DNA of 64,000 nt from Eledone cirrhosa (taxonomy: Eukaryota), in the NCBI GenBank assembly GCA_964016885.1, contig OZ024744.1, positions 20,894,001 through 20,958,000 on the forward strand, given 5' to 3'. This document shows positions 28,101 to 43,100 of this stretch, in pieces. Made by a program: the position numbers and the translations under genes. Under the pieces are notes generated by a model. That model saw only the letters and a list, made by a program, of their open reading frames with translations, ran no database searches and was not told where the DNA came from. How positions within the stretch are numbered: position 1 is the first letter of the stretch; every line of letters begins with the position of its first letter.

Positions 28101-31100
28101 GTTTTAACAACAGTTGAATCTTAAGATAAAACTCGTTTTAACAACAGTTGAATCTTAAGAACTGACTCTTTTTAACAACAGTTGAATCTTAAGATAAAAC
28201 TCGTTTTAACAACAGTTGAATCTTATGAGCTAACTCATTTTAACAACAGTTGAATCTTAAGTTAAGACTCGTTTTAACAACAGTTGAATCTTAAGAACTG
28301 ACTCGTTTTAACAACAGCTGAATCTTAAGATAAAACTCGTTTTAACAACAGTTCAATCTTAAGAACTGACTCGTTTTAACAACAGCTGAATCTTAAGATA
28401 AAACTCGTTTTAACAACAGTTGAATCTTAAGTTAAGACTCGTTTTAACAACAGTTGAATCTTAAGAACTGACTCGTTTTAACGACAGCTGAATCTTAAGA
28501 CAAAACCCGTTTTAACAACAGTTGAATCTTAAGAACTGTCTCGTTTTAACAACAGTTGAATCTTAAGATAAACCTCGTTTTAACAACAGTTTAATCTTAA
28601 GAACTGACTCGTTTTAACAACAGTTGAATCTTAAGACAAAACTCGTTTTAACAACAGTTGAATCTTAAGAACTGACTTGTTCTAACAACAGTTCAGCCTT
28701 AAGAACTGACTCGTTTTAAAACAGTTGAATCGTTAGAACTGACTCGTTTTAACAACAGTTGAATCTTAAAACAAAACTCGTTTTAACAATAGTTGAATCT
28801 CAAGAACTGACTCGTTTTAGCAACAGTTGAATCTTAAGATAACACTCGTTTTCATAACAGTTGAATCTTAAGAACTGTCTCGTTTTAACAACAGTTGAAT
28901 TTTAAGATAAACCTCGTTTTAACAACAGCTGAATCTTAAGATAAAACTCGTTTTAACAACAGTTCAAACTTAAGAAATGACTCGTTTTAACAAAAGTTGA
29001 ATCTTATGAACTCACTCATTTTAACAACAGTTGAATCTTAAGATAACATTCGTTTTAAAAACAGTTGAATCTTAAGAACTGATTCGTTTTAACAACAGTT
29101 GAATCTTAAGATAAAACTCGTTTTAACAACAGTTGAATCTTAAGAACGGACTCGTTTTAACAACACCTGAATCTTAAGATAAAACTCGTTTTAACAACAG
29201 TTGAATCTTAAGAACTGATTCGTTTTAACAACAGTTCAAACTTAAGAACTGACTCGTTTTAACAACAGTTGAATCTTATGAACTGACTCATTTTAACAAC
29301 AGTTGAATCTTAAGATAACATTCGTTTTAACAACAGTTGAATCTTAAGAACTGACTCGTTTTAACAACAGTTGAATCTTAAAGATAAAACTCGTTTCGAC
29401 AACAGTTGAATCTTAAAGAACTGACTCGTTTTAACAACAGCTGAATCTTAAGATAAAACTCGTTTTAACAACAGTTGAATCTTAAGATAAAACTCGTTTT
29501 AACAACAGTTGAATCTTAAGAACTGACTCGTTTTAACGACAGCTGAATCTTAAGATAAAACTCGTTTTAACAACAGTTCAAACTTAAGAAATGACTCGTT
29601 TTAACAACAGTTGAATCTTATGAACTGACTCATTTTAACAACAGTTGAATCTTAAGAACTGATTCGTTTTAACAACAGTTGAATCTTAAGATAAAACTCG
29701 TTTTAACAACAGTTGAATCTTAAGAACTTACTCGTTTTAACAACAGTTGAATCTTAAGATAAAACTCGTTTTAACAACAGTTGAATCTTAAGAACTGACT
29801 CGTTTTAACAACAGCTGAATCTTAAGATAAAACTCGTTTTAACAACAGTTGAATCTTAAGATAAAACTCGTTTTAACAACAGTTGAATCTTAAGAACTGA
29901 CTCGTTTTAACAACAGTTGAATCTTAAGATAAAACTTGTTTTAACAACAGTTGAATCTTATGAGCTAACTCATTTTAACAACAGTTGAATCTTAAGTTAA
30001 GACTCGTTTTAACAACAGTTGAATCTTAAGAACTGACTCGTTTTAACAACAGCTGAATCTTAAGATAAAACTCGTTTTAACAACAGTTGAATCTTAAGAA
30101 CTGACTCGTTTTAACAACAGCTGAATCTTAAGATAAAACTCGTTTTAACAACAGTTGAATCTTAAGATAAAACTCGTTTTAACAACAGTTGAATCTTAAG
30201 TACTGACTTGTTTTAACAACAGTTGAATCTTAAGATAAAACTCGTTTTAACAACAGTTGAATCTTATGAACTAACTCATTTTAACAACAGTTGAATCTTA
30301 AGAACTGACTCCTTTTAACAACAGTTGAATCTTAAGACAAAACTCGTTTTAACAACAGTTGAATCTTAAGAACTGACTTGTTCTAACAACAGTTCAGTCT
30401 CAAGAATTGACTCGTTTTAAAACAGTTGAATCGTTTGATCTGACTCGTTTTAACAACAGTTGAATCTTAAAATAAAACTCGTATTAACAATAGTTGAATG
30501 TCAAGAAATGACTCGTTTTAGCAACAGTTGAATCTTAATAACTGACTCGTTTTAACAACAGTTGAATGTTAAGATAAAACTCGTTTTAACAATAGTTGAA
30601 TCTTAAGAACTGACTCGTTTTAACAACAGTTGAATCTTAAGATAAAACTCGTTTTAACAACAGTTGAATCTTAAGAAATGACTCGTTTTAACAACAGCTG
30701 AATCTTAAGATAAAACTCGTTTTAACAACAGTTCAAACTTAAGAAATGACTCGTTTTAACAAAAGTTGAATATTATGAACTCACTCATTTTAACAACAGT
30801 TGAATCTTAAGATAACATTCGTTTTAACAACAGTTGAATCTTAAGAACTGATTCGTTTTAACAACAGTTGAATATTAAGATAAAACTCGTTTTAACAACA
30901 GTTGAATCTTAAGAACGGACTCGTTTTAACAACACCTGAATCTTAAGATAAAACTCGTTTTAACAACAGTTGAATCTTAAGAACTGATTCGTTTTAACAA
31001 CAGTTCAAACTTAAGAACTGACTCGTTTTAACAACAGTTGAATCTTATGAACTGACTCATTTTAACAACAGTTGAATCTTAAGATAACATTCGTTTTAAC

Positions 31101-34100
31101 AACAGTTGAATCTTAAGAACTGACTCGTTTTAACAACAGTTGAATCTTAAAGATAAAACTCGTTTCGACAACAGTTGAATCTTAAAGAACTGACTCGTTT
31201 TAACAACAGCTGAATCTTAAGATAAAACTCGTTTTAACAACAGTTGAATCTTAAGATAAAACTCGTTTTAACAACAGTTGAATCTTAAGAACTGACTCGT
31301 TTTAACGACAGCTGAATCTTAAGATAAAACTCGTTTTAACAACAGTTCAAACTTAAGAAATGACTCGTTTTAACAACAGTTGAATCTTATGAACTGACTC
31401 ATTTTAACAACAGTTGAATCTTAAGAACTGATTCGTTTTAACAACAGTTGAATCTTAAGATAAAACTCGTTTTAACAACAGTTGAATCTTAAGAACTTAC
31501 TCGTTTTAACAACAGTTGAATCTTAAGATAAAACTCGTTTTAACAACAGTTGAATCTTAAGAACTGACTCGTTTTAACAACAGCTGAATCTTAAGATAAA
31601 ACTCGTTTTAACAACAGTTGAATCTTAAGATAAAACTCGTTTTAACAACAGTTGAATCTTAAGAACTGACTCGTTTTAACAACAGTTGAATCTTAAGATA
31701 AAACTCGTTTTAACAACAGTTGAATCTTATGAGCTAACTCATTTTAACAACAGTTGAATCTTAAGTTAAGACTCGTTTTAACAACAGTTGAATCTTAAGA
31801 ACTGACTCGTTTTAACAACAGCTGAATCTTAAGATAAAACTCGTTTTAACAACAGTTGAATCTTAAGAACTGACTCGTTTTAACAACAGCTGAAACTTAA
31901 GATAAAACTCGTTTTAACAACAGTTGAATCTTAAGATAAAACTCGTTTTAATAACAGTTGAATCTTAAGTACTGACTTGTTTTAACAACAGTTGAATCTT
32001 AAGATAAAACTCGTTTTAACAACAGTTGAATCTTAAGATAAAACTCGTTTTAACAACAGTTGAATCTTATGAACTAACTCATTTTAACAACAGTTGAATC
32101 TTAAGTTAAGACTCGTTTTAACAACAGTTGAATCTTAAGAACTGACTCCTTTTAACAACAGTTGAATCTTAAGACAAAACTCGTTTTAACAACAGTTGAA
32201 TCTTAAGAACTGACTTGTTCTAACAACAGTTCAATCTCAAGAATTGACTCGTTTTAAAACAGTTGAATCGGTTGATCTGACTTGTTTTAACAACAGTTGA
32301 ATCTTAAAATAAAACTCGTATTAACAATAGTTGAATGTCAAGAAATGACTCGTTTTAGCAACAGTTGAATCTTAATAACTGACTCGTTTTAACAACAGTT
32401 GAATCTTAAGAACTGACTCGTTTTAACAACAGTTGAATCTTAAGATAAAACTCGTTTTAACAACAGTTGAATCTTAAGAAATGACTCGTTTTAACAACAG
32501 CTGAATCTTAAGATAAAACTCGTTTTAACAACAGTTCAAACTTAAGAAATGACTCGTTTTAACAAAAGTTGAATATTATGAACTCACTCATTTTAACAAC
32601 AGTTGAATCTTAAGATAACATTCGTTTTAACAACAGTTGAATCTTAAGAACTGATTCGTTTTAACAACAGTTGAATCTTAAGATAAAACTCGTTTTAACA
32701 ACAGTTGAATCTTAAGAACGGACTCGTTTTAACAACAGCTGAATCTTAAGATAAAACTCGTTTTAACAACAGCTGAATCTTAAGATAAAACTCGTTTTAA
32801 CAACAGTTGAATCTTAAGATAAAACTCGTTTTAACAACAGTTGAATCTTAAGAACTGACTCGTTTTAACAACAGCTGAATCTTAAGATAAAACTCGTTTT
32901 AACAACAGTTGAATCTTAAGAACTGACTCGTTTTAACAACAGGTGAATCTTAAGATAAAACTCGTTTTAACAACAGCTGAATCTTAAGATAAAACTCGTT
33001 TTAACAACAGTTGAATCTTAAGATAAAACTCGTTTTAACAACAGTTGAATCTTAAGTACTGACTTGTTTTAACAACAGTTGAATCTTAAGATAAAACTCG
33101 TTTTAACAACAGTTGAATCTTATGAGCTAACTCATTTTAACAACAGTTGAATCTTAAGTTAAGACTCGTTTTAACAACAGTTGAATCTTAAGAACTGACT
33201 CGTTTTAACAACAGCTGAATCTTAAGATAAAACTTGTTTTAACAACAGTTGAATCTTAAAGATAAAACTCGCTTTAACAACAGTTGAATCTTAAGAACTG
33301 ACTCGTTTTAACAACAGTTGAATCTTAAGACAAAACCCGTTTTAACAACAGTTGAATCTTAAGAACTGTCTCGTTTTAACAACAGTTGAATCCTAAGATA
33401 AACCTCGTTTTAACAACAGATTAATCTTAAGAACTGACTCGTTCTAAAAACAGTTGAATCTTAAGACAAAACTCGTTTTAACAACAGTTGAATCTTAAGA
33501 ACTGACTTGTTCTAACAACAGTTCAGCCTCAAGAACTGACTCGTTTTAAAACAGTTGAATCGTTAGATCTGACTCGTTTTAACAACAGTTGAATCTTAAA
33601 ATAAAACTCGTTTTAACAATAGTTGAATCTCAAGAACTGACTCGTTTTAGCAACAGTTGAATCTTAATAACTGACTCGTTTTAACAACAGTTGAATGTTA
33701 AGATAAAACTCGTTTAAGAATAGTTGAATCTTAAGAACTGACTCGTTTTAACAACAGTTGAATCTTAAGATAAAACTCGTTTTAACAACTGTTGAATCTT
33801 AAGAACTGACTCGTTTTAACAACAGTTGAATCTTCAAATAAAACTCGTTTTAACAACAGTTGAATCTTAAGAACTGACTCGTTTTAACAACAGTTGAATG
33901 TTAAGATAAAACTCGTTTAAAAAATAGTTGAATCTTAAGAACTGACTCGTTTTAACAACAGTTGAATCTTAAGATAAAACTCGTTTTAACAACAGTTGAA
34001 TCTTAAGAACTGACTCATTTTAACAACAGTTGAATATTATGAACTCACTCATTTTAACAACACTTGAATCTTAAGATAACATTCGTTTTAACAACAGTTG

Positions 34101-37100
34101 AATCTTAAGAACTGATTCGTTTTAACAACAGTTGAATCTTAAGATAAAACTCGTTTTAACAACAGTTGAATCTTAAGAACGGACTCGTTTTAACAACAGC
34201 TGAATCTTAAGATAAAACTCGTTTTAACAACAGTTGTATCTTATGAACTGACTCATTTTAACAACAGTTGAATCTTAAGAACTGATTCGTTTTAACAACA
34301 GTTGAATCTTAAGATAAAACTCGTTTTAACAACAGTTGAATCTTAAGAACTGATTCGTTTTAACAACAGTTCAAACTTAAGAACTGATTCGTTTTAACAA
34401 CAGTTGAATCTTATGAACTGACTCATTTTAACAACAGTTGAATCTTAAGATAACATTCGTTTTAACAACAGTTGAATCTTAAGAACTGACTCGTTTTAAC
34501 AACAGCTGAATCTTAAGATAAAACTCGTTTTAACAACAGTTGTATCTTATGAACTGACTCATTTTAACAACAGTTGAATCTGAAGAACTGATTCGTTTTA
34601 ACAACAGTTGAATCTTAAGATAAAACTCGTTTTAACAACAGTTGAATCTTAAGAACTGACTCGTTTTAACAACAGCTGAATCTTAAGATAAAACTCGTTT
34701 TAACAACAGTTGAATCTTAAGAACTGACTCGTTTTAACGACAGCTGAATCTTAAGATAAAACTCGTTTTAACAACAGTTGGATCTTAAGAACTGACTCGT
34801 TTTAACAACAGTTGAATCTTACGATAAAACTCGTTTTAACAACAGTTGAATCTTATGAACTAACTCATTTTAACAACAGTTGAATCTTAAGTTAAGACTC
34901 GTTTTAACAACAGTTGAATCTTAAGAACTGACTCGTTTTAACAACAGTTGAATCTTAAGACAAAACCCGTTTTAACAACAGTTGAATCTTAAGAACTGTC
35001 TCGTTTTAACAACAGTTGAATCTTAAGATAAACCTCGTTTTAACAACAGTTTAATCTTAAGAACTGACTCGTTTTAACAACAGTTGAATCTTAAGACAGA
35101 ACTCGTTTTAACAACAGTTGAATCTTAAGAACTGACTTGTTCTAACAACAGTTCAGCCTTAAGAACTGACTCGTTTTAAAACAGTTGAATCGTTAGAATC
35201 GACTCGTTTTAACAACAGTTGAATCTTAAAATAAAACTCGTTTTAACAATAGTTGAATCTCAAGAACTGACTCGTTTTAGCAACAGTTGAATATTAAGAT
35301 AACACTCGTTTTCATAACAGTTGAATCTTAAGAACTGTCTCGTTTTAACAACAGTTGAATTTTAAGATAAACCTCGTTTTGACAACAGGTGAATCTTAAG
35401 AACTGACTCGTTTTAACAACAGTTAAATCTTAATAACTGACTCGTTTTAACAACAGTTGAATGTTAAGATAAAACTCGTTTTAACACTAGTTGAATCTTA
35501 AGAACTGACTCGTTTTAACAACAGTTGAATCTTAAGATAAAACTCGTTTTAACAACTGTTGAATCTTAAGAACTGACTCGTTTTAACAACAGCTGAATCT
35601 TAAGATAAAACTCGTTTTAACAACAGTTGAATCTTAAGAACTGACTCGTTTTAACAACAGTTGAATGTTAAGATAAAACTCGTTTTAACAATAGTGGAAT
35701 CTTAAGAACTGACTCGTTTTAACAACAGTTGAATCTTAAGATAAAGCTCGTTTTAACAACAGTTGAATCTTAAGAACTGACTCGTTTTAACAACAGCTGA
35801 ATCTTAAGATAAAACTCGTTTTAACAACAGTTCAAACTTAAGAAATGACTCGTTTTAACAAAAGCTGAATCTTATGAACTCACTCATTTTAACAACAGTT
35901 GAATCTTAAGATAACATTCGTTTTAACAACGTTGAATCTTAAGAACTGATTCGTTTTAACAACAGTTGAATCTTAAGATAAAACTCGTTTTAACAACACG
36001 TGAATCTTAAGAACGGACTCGTTTTAACAACACCTGAATGTTAAGATAAAACTCGTTTTAACAACAGTTGAATCTTAAGAACTGATTCGTTTTAACAACA
36101 GTTCAAACTTAAGAACTGACTCGTTTTAACTACAGTTGAATCTTATGAACTGACTCATTTTAACAACAGTTGAATCTTAAGATAACATTCGTTTTAACAA
36201 CAGTTGAATCTTAAGAACTGACTCGTTTTAACAACAGTTGAATCTTAAAGATAAAACTCGTTTCGACAACAGTTGAATCTTAAGAACTGACTCGTTTTAA
36301 CAACAGCTGAATCTTAAGATGAAACTCGTTTTAACAACAGTTGAATCTTAAGATAAAACTCGTTTTAACAACAGTTGAATCTTATGAGCTAACTCATTTT
36401 AACAACAGTTGAATCTTAAGTTAAGACTCGTTTTAACAACAGTTGAATCTTAAGAACTGACTCGTTTTAACAACAGCTGAATCTTAAGATAAAACTCGTT
36501 TTAACAACAGTTGAATCTTAAGAACTGACTCGTTTTAACAACAGCTGAATCTTAAGATAAAACTCGTTTTAACAACAGTTGAATCTTAAGTTAAGACTCG
36601 TTTTAACAACAGTTGAATCTTAAGAACTGACTCGTTTTAACGACAGCTGAATCTTAAGACAAAACCCGTTTTAACAACAGTTGAATCTTAAGAACTGTCT
36701 CGTTTTAACAACAGTTGAATCTTAAGATAAACCTCGTTTTAACAACAGTTTAATCTTAAGAACTGACTCGTTTTAACAACAGTTGAATCTTAAGACAAAA
36801 CTCGTTTTAACAACAGTTGAATGTTAAGAACTGACTTGTTCTAACAACAGTTCAGCCTTAAGAACTGACTCGTTTTAAAACAGTTGAATCGTTAGAACTG
36901 ACTCGTTTTAACAACAGTTGAATCTTAAAATAAAACTCGTTTTAACAATAGTTGAATCTCAAGAACTGACTCGTTTTAGCAACAGTTGAATCTTAAGATA
37001 ACACTCGTTTTCATAACAGTTGAATCTCAAGAACTGTCTCGTTTTAACAACAGTTGACTTTTAAGATAAACCTCGTTTTGACAACAGTTGAATCTTAAGA

Positions 37101-40100
37101 ACTGACTCGTTTTAACAACAGTTAAATCTTAATAACTGACTCGTTTTAACAACAGTTGCATGTTAAGATAACACTCGTTTTAACAATAGTTGAATCTTAA
37201 GAACTGACTCGTTTTAACAACAGTTGAATCTTAAGATAAAACTCGTTTTAACAACTGTTGAATCTTAAGAACTGACTTGTTTTAACAACAGCGGAATCTT
37301 AAGATAAAACTCGTTTTAACAACAGTTGAATCTTAAGAACTGACTCGTTTTAACAACAGTTGAATCTTCAAATAAAACTCGTTTTAACAACAGTTGAGTC
37401 TTAAGAACTGACTCGTTTTAACAACAGTTGAATGTTAAGATAAAACGCGTTTTAACAATAGTGGAATCCTAAGAACTGACTCGTTTTAACAACAGTTGAA
37501 TCTTAAGATAAAACTCGTTTTAACAACAGTTGAATCTTATGAACTAACTCATTTTAACAACAGTTGAATCTTAAGTTAAGACTCGTTTTAACAACAGTTG
37601 AATCTTAAGAACTGACTCCTTTTAACAACAGTTGAATCTTAAGACAAAACTCGTTTTAACAACAGTTGAATCTTAAGAACTGACTTGTTCTAACAACAGT
37701 TCAGTCTCAAGAATTGACTCGTTTTAAAACAGTTGAATCGTTTGATCTGACTCGTTTTAACAACAGTTGAATCTTAAAATAAAACTCGTATTAACAATAG
37801 TTGAATGTCAAGAAATGACTCGTTTTAGCAACAGTTGAATCTTAATAACTGACTCGTTTTAACAACAGTTGAATGTTAAGATAAAACTCGTTTTAACAAT
37901 AGTTGAATCTTAAGAACTGACTCGTTTTAACAACAGTTGAATCTTAAGATAAAACTCGTTTTAACAACAGTTGAATCTTAAGAAATGACTCGTTTTAACA
38001 ACAGCTGAATCTTAAGATAAAACTCGTTTTAACAACAGTTCAAACTTAAGAAATGACTCGTTTTAACAAAAGTTGAATATTATGAACTCACTCATTTTAA
38101 CAACAGTTGAATCTTAAGATAACATTCGTTTTAACAACAGTTGAATCTTAAGAACTGATTCGTTTTAACAACAGTTGAATCTTAAGATAAAACTCGTTTT
38201 AACAACAGTTGAATCTTAAGAACGGACTCGTTTTAACAACACCTGAATCTTAAGATAAAACTCGTTTTAACAACAGTTGAATCTTAAGAACTGATTCGTT
38301 TTAACAACAGTTCAAACTTAAGAACTGACTCGTTTTAACAACAGTTGAATCTTATGAACTGACTCATTTTAACAACAGTTGAATCTTAAGATAACATTCG
38401 TTTTAACAACAGTTGAATCTTAAGAACTGACTCGTTTTAACAACAGTTGAATCTTAAAGATAAAACTCGTTTCGACAACAGTTGAATCTTAAAGAACTGA
38501 CTCGTTTTAACAACAGCTGAATCTTAAGATAAAACTCGTTTTAACAACAGTTGAATCTTAAGATAAAACTCGTTTTAACAACAGTTGAATCTTAAGAACT
38601 GACTCGTTTTAACGACAGCTGAATCTTAAGATAAAACTCGTTTTAACAACAGTTCAAACTTAAGAAATGACTCGTTTTAACAACAGTTGAATCTTATGAA
38701 CTGACTCGTTTTAACAACAGTTGAATCTTAAGATAAAACTCGTTTTAACAACAGTTGAATCTTATGAGCTAACTCATTTTAACAACAGTTGAATCTTAAG
38801 TTAAGACTCGTTTTAACAACAGTTGAATCTTAAGAACTGACTCGTTTTAACAACAGCTGAATCTTAAGATAAAACTCGTTTTAACAACAGTTGAATCTTA
38901 AGATAAAACTCGTTTTAACAACAGTTGAATCTTAAGTACTGACTTGTTTTAACAACAGTTGAATCTTAAGATAAACCTCGTTTTAACAACAGTTGAATCT
39001 TAAGATAAAACTCGTTTTAACAACAGTTGAATCTTATGAACTAACTCATTTTAACAACAGTTGAATCTTAAGTTAAGACTCGTTTTAACAACAGTTGAAT
39101 CTTAAGAACTGACTCCTTTTAACAACAGTTGAATCTTAAGACAAAACTCGTTTTAACAACAGTTGAATCTTAAGAACTGACTTGTTCTAACAACAGTTCA
39201 ATCTCAAGAATTGACTCGTTTTAAAACAGTTGAATCGGTTGATCTGACTCGTTTTAACAACAGTTGAATCTTAAAATAAAACTCGTATTAACAATAGTTG
39301 AATGTCAAGAAATGACTCGTTTTAGCAACAGTTGAATCTTAATAACTGACTCGTTTTAACAACAGTTGAATGTTAAGATAAAACTCGTTTTAACAATAGT
39401 TGAATCTTAAGAACTGACTCGTTTTAACAACAGTTGAATCTTAAGATAAAACTCGTTTTAACAACAGTTGAATCTCAAGAAATGACTCGTTTTAACAACA
39501 GCTGAATCTTAAGATAAAACTCGTTTTAACAACAGTTCAAACTTAAGAAATGACTCGTTTTAACAAAAGTTGAATATTATGAACTCACTCATTTTAACAA
39601 CAGTTGAATCTTAAGATAACATTCGTTTTAACAACAGTTGAATCTTAAGAACTGATTCGTTTTAACAACAGTTGAATCTTAAGATAAAACTCGTTTTAAC
39701 AACAGTTGAATCTTAAGAACGGACTCGTTTTAACAACAGCTGAATCTTAAGATAAAACTCGTTTTAACAACAGCTGAATCTTAAGATAAAACTCGTTTTA
39801 ACAACAGTTGAATCTTAAGATAAAACTCGTTTTAACAACAGTTGAATCTTAAGTACTGACTTGTTTTAACAACAGTTGAATCTTAAGATAAAACTCGTTT
39901 TAACAACAGTTGAATCTTATGAGCTAACTCATTTTAACAACAGTTGAATCTTAAGTTAAGACTCGTTTTAACAACAGTTGAATCTTAAGAACTGACTCGT
40001 TTTAACGACAGCTGAATCTTAAGATAAAACTTGTTTTAACAACAGTTGAATCTTAAAGATAAAACTCGCTTTAACAACAGTTGAATCTTAAGAACTGACT

Positions 40101-43100
40101 CGTTTTAACAACAGTTGAATCTTAAGACAAAACCCGTTTTAACAACAGTTGAATCTTAAGAACTGTCTCGTTTTAACAACAGTTGAATCCTAAGATAAAC
40201 CTCGTTTTAACAACAGATTAATCTTAAGAACTGACTCGTTCTAACAACAGTTGAATCTTAAGACAAAACTCGTTTTAACAACAGATTAATCTTAAGAACT
40301 GACTTGTTCTAACAACAGTTCAGCCTCAAGAACTGACTCGTTTTAAAACAGTTGAATCGTTAGATCTGACTCGTTTTAACAACAGTTGAATCTTAAAATA
40401 AAACTCGTTTTAACAATAGTTGAATCTCAAGAACTGACTCGTTTTAGCAACAGTTGAATCTTAATAACTGACTCGTTTTAACAACAGTTGAATGTTAAGA
40501 TAAAACTCGTTTAAGAATAGTTGAATCTTAAGAACTGACTCGTTTTAACAACAGTTGAATCTTAAGATAAAACTCGTTTTAACAACTGTTGAATCTTAAG
40601 AACTGACTCGTTTTAACAACAGTTGAATCTTCAAATAAAACTCGTTTTAACAACAGTTGAATCTTAAGAACTGACTCGTTTTAAAAACAGTTGAATGTTA
40701 AGATAAAACTCGTTTTAAAAATAGTTGAATCTTAATAACTGACTCGTTTTAACAACAGTTGAATCTTAAGATAAAACTCGTTTTAACAACAGTTGAATCT
40801 TAAGAACTGACTCATTTTAACAACAGTTGAATATTATGAACTCACTCATTTTAACAACACTTGAATCTTAAGATAACATTCGTTTTAACAACAGTTGAAT
40901 CTTAAGAACTGATTCGTTTTAACAACAGTTGAATCTTAAGATAAAACTCGTTTTAACAACAGTTGAATCTTAAGAACGGACTCGTTTTAACAACAGCTGA
41001 ATTTTAAGATAAAACTCGTTTTAACAACAGTTGAATCTTAAGAACTGATTCGTTTTAACAACAGTTCAAACTTAAGAACTGATTCGTTTTAACAACAGTT
41101 GAATCTTATGAACTGACTCATTTTAACAACAGTTGAATCTTAAGATAACATTCGTTTTAACAACAGTTGAATCTTAAGAACTGACTCGTTTTAACAACAG
41201 TTGAATCTTAAGATAAAACTCGTTTTAACAACAGTTGATTCTTAAGAACTGACTCGTTTTAACAACAGCTGAATCTTAAGATAAAACTCGTTTTAACAAC
41301 AGTTGTATCTTATGAACTGACTCATTTTAACAACAGTTGAATCTTAAGAACTGATTCGTTTTAACAACAGTTGAATCTTAAGATAAAACTCGTTTTAACA
41401 ACAGTTGAATCTTAAGAACTGACTCGTTTTAACAACAGCTGAATCTTAAGATAAAACTCGTTTTAACAACAGTTGAATCTTAAGAACTGACTCGTTTTAA
41501 CGACAGCTGAATCTTAAGATAAAACTCGTTTTAACAACAGTTGGATCTTAAGAACTGACTCGTTTTAACAACAGTTGAATCTTACGATAAAACTCGTTTT
41601 AACAACAGTTGAATCTTATGAACTAACTCATTTTAACAACAGTTGAATCTTAAGTTAAGACTCGTTTTAACAACAGTTGAATCTTAAGAACTGACTCGTT
41701 TTAACAACAGTTGAATCTTAAGACAAAACCCGTTTTAACAACAGTTGAATCTTAAGAAATGTCTCGTTTTAACAACAGTTGAATCTTAAGATAAACCTCG
41801 TTTTAACAACAGTTTAATCTTAAGAACTGACTCGTTTTAACAACAGTTGAATCTTAAGACAAAACTCGTTTTAACAACAGTTGAATCTTAAGAACTGACT
41901 TGTTCTAACAACAGTTCAGCCTTAAGAACTGACTCGTTTTAAAACAGTTGAATCGTTAGAATCGACTCGTTTTAACAACAGTTGAATCTTAAAATAAAAC
42001 TCGTTTTAACAATAGTTGAATCTCAAGAACTGACTCGTTTTAGCAACAGTTGAATCTTAAGATAACACTCGTTTTCATAACAGTTGAATCTTAAGAACTG
42101 TCTCGTTTTAACAACAGTTGAATTTTAAGATAAACCTCGTTTTGACAACAGGTGAATCTTAAGAACTGACTCGTTTTAACAACAGTTAAATCTTAATAAC
42201 TGACTCGTTTTAACAACAGTTGAATCTTCAAATAAAACTCGTTTTAACAACAGTTGAATCTTAAGAACTGTCTCGTTTTAACAACAGTTGAATCTTAAGA
42301 TAAAACTCGTTTTAACAACAGTTGAATCTTAAGATAAAACTCGTTTTAACAACAGTTGAATCTTATGAGCTAACTCATTTTAACAACAGTTGAATCTTAA
42401 GTTAAGACTCGTTTTAACAACAGTTGAATCTTAAGAACTGACTCGTTTTAACAACAGCTGAATCTTAAGATAAAACTCGTTTTAACAACAGTTGAATCTT
42501 AAGAACTGACTCGTTTTAACAACAGCTGAATCTTAAGATAAAACTCGTTTTAACAACAGTTGAATCTTAAGTTAAGACTCGTTTTAACAACAGTTGAATC
42601 TTAAGAACTGACTCGTTTTAACGACAGCTGAATCTTAAGATAAAACCCGTTTTAACAACAGTTGAATCTTAAGAACTGTCTCGTTTTAACAACAGTTGAA
42701 TCTTAAGATAAACCTCGTTTTAACAACAGTTTAATCTTAAGAACTGACTCGTTTTAACAACAGTTGAATCTTAAGACAAAACTCGTTTTAACAACAGTTG
42801 AATCTTAAGAACTGACTTGTTCTAACAACAGTTCAGCCTTAAGAACTGACTCGTTTTAAAACAGTTGAATCGTTAGAACTGACTCGTTTTAACAACAGTT
42901 GAATCTTAAAATAAAACTCGTTTTAACAATAGTTGAATCTCAAGAACTGACTCGTTTTAGCAACAGTTGAATCTTAAGATAACACTCGTTTTCATAACAG
43001 TTGAATCTCAAGAACTGTCTCGTTTTAACAACAGTTGACTTTTAAGATAAACCTCGTTTTGACAACAGTTGAATCTTAAGAACTGACTCGTTTTAACAAC

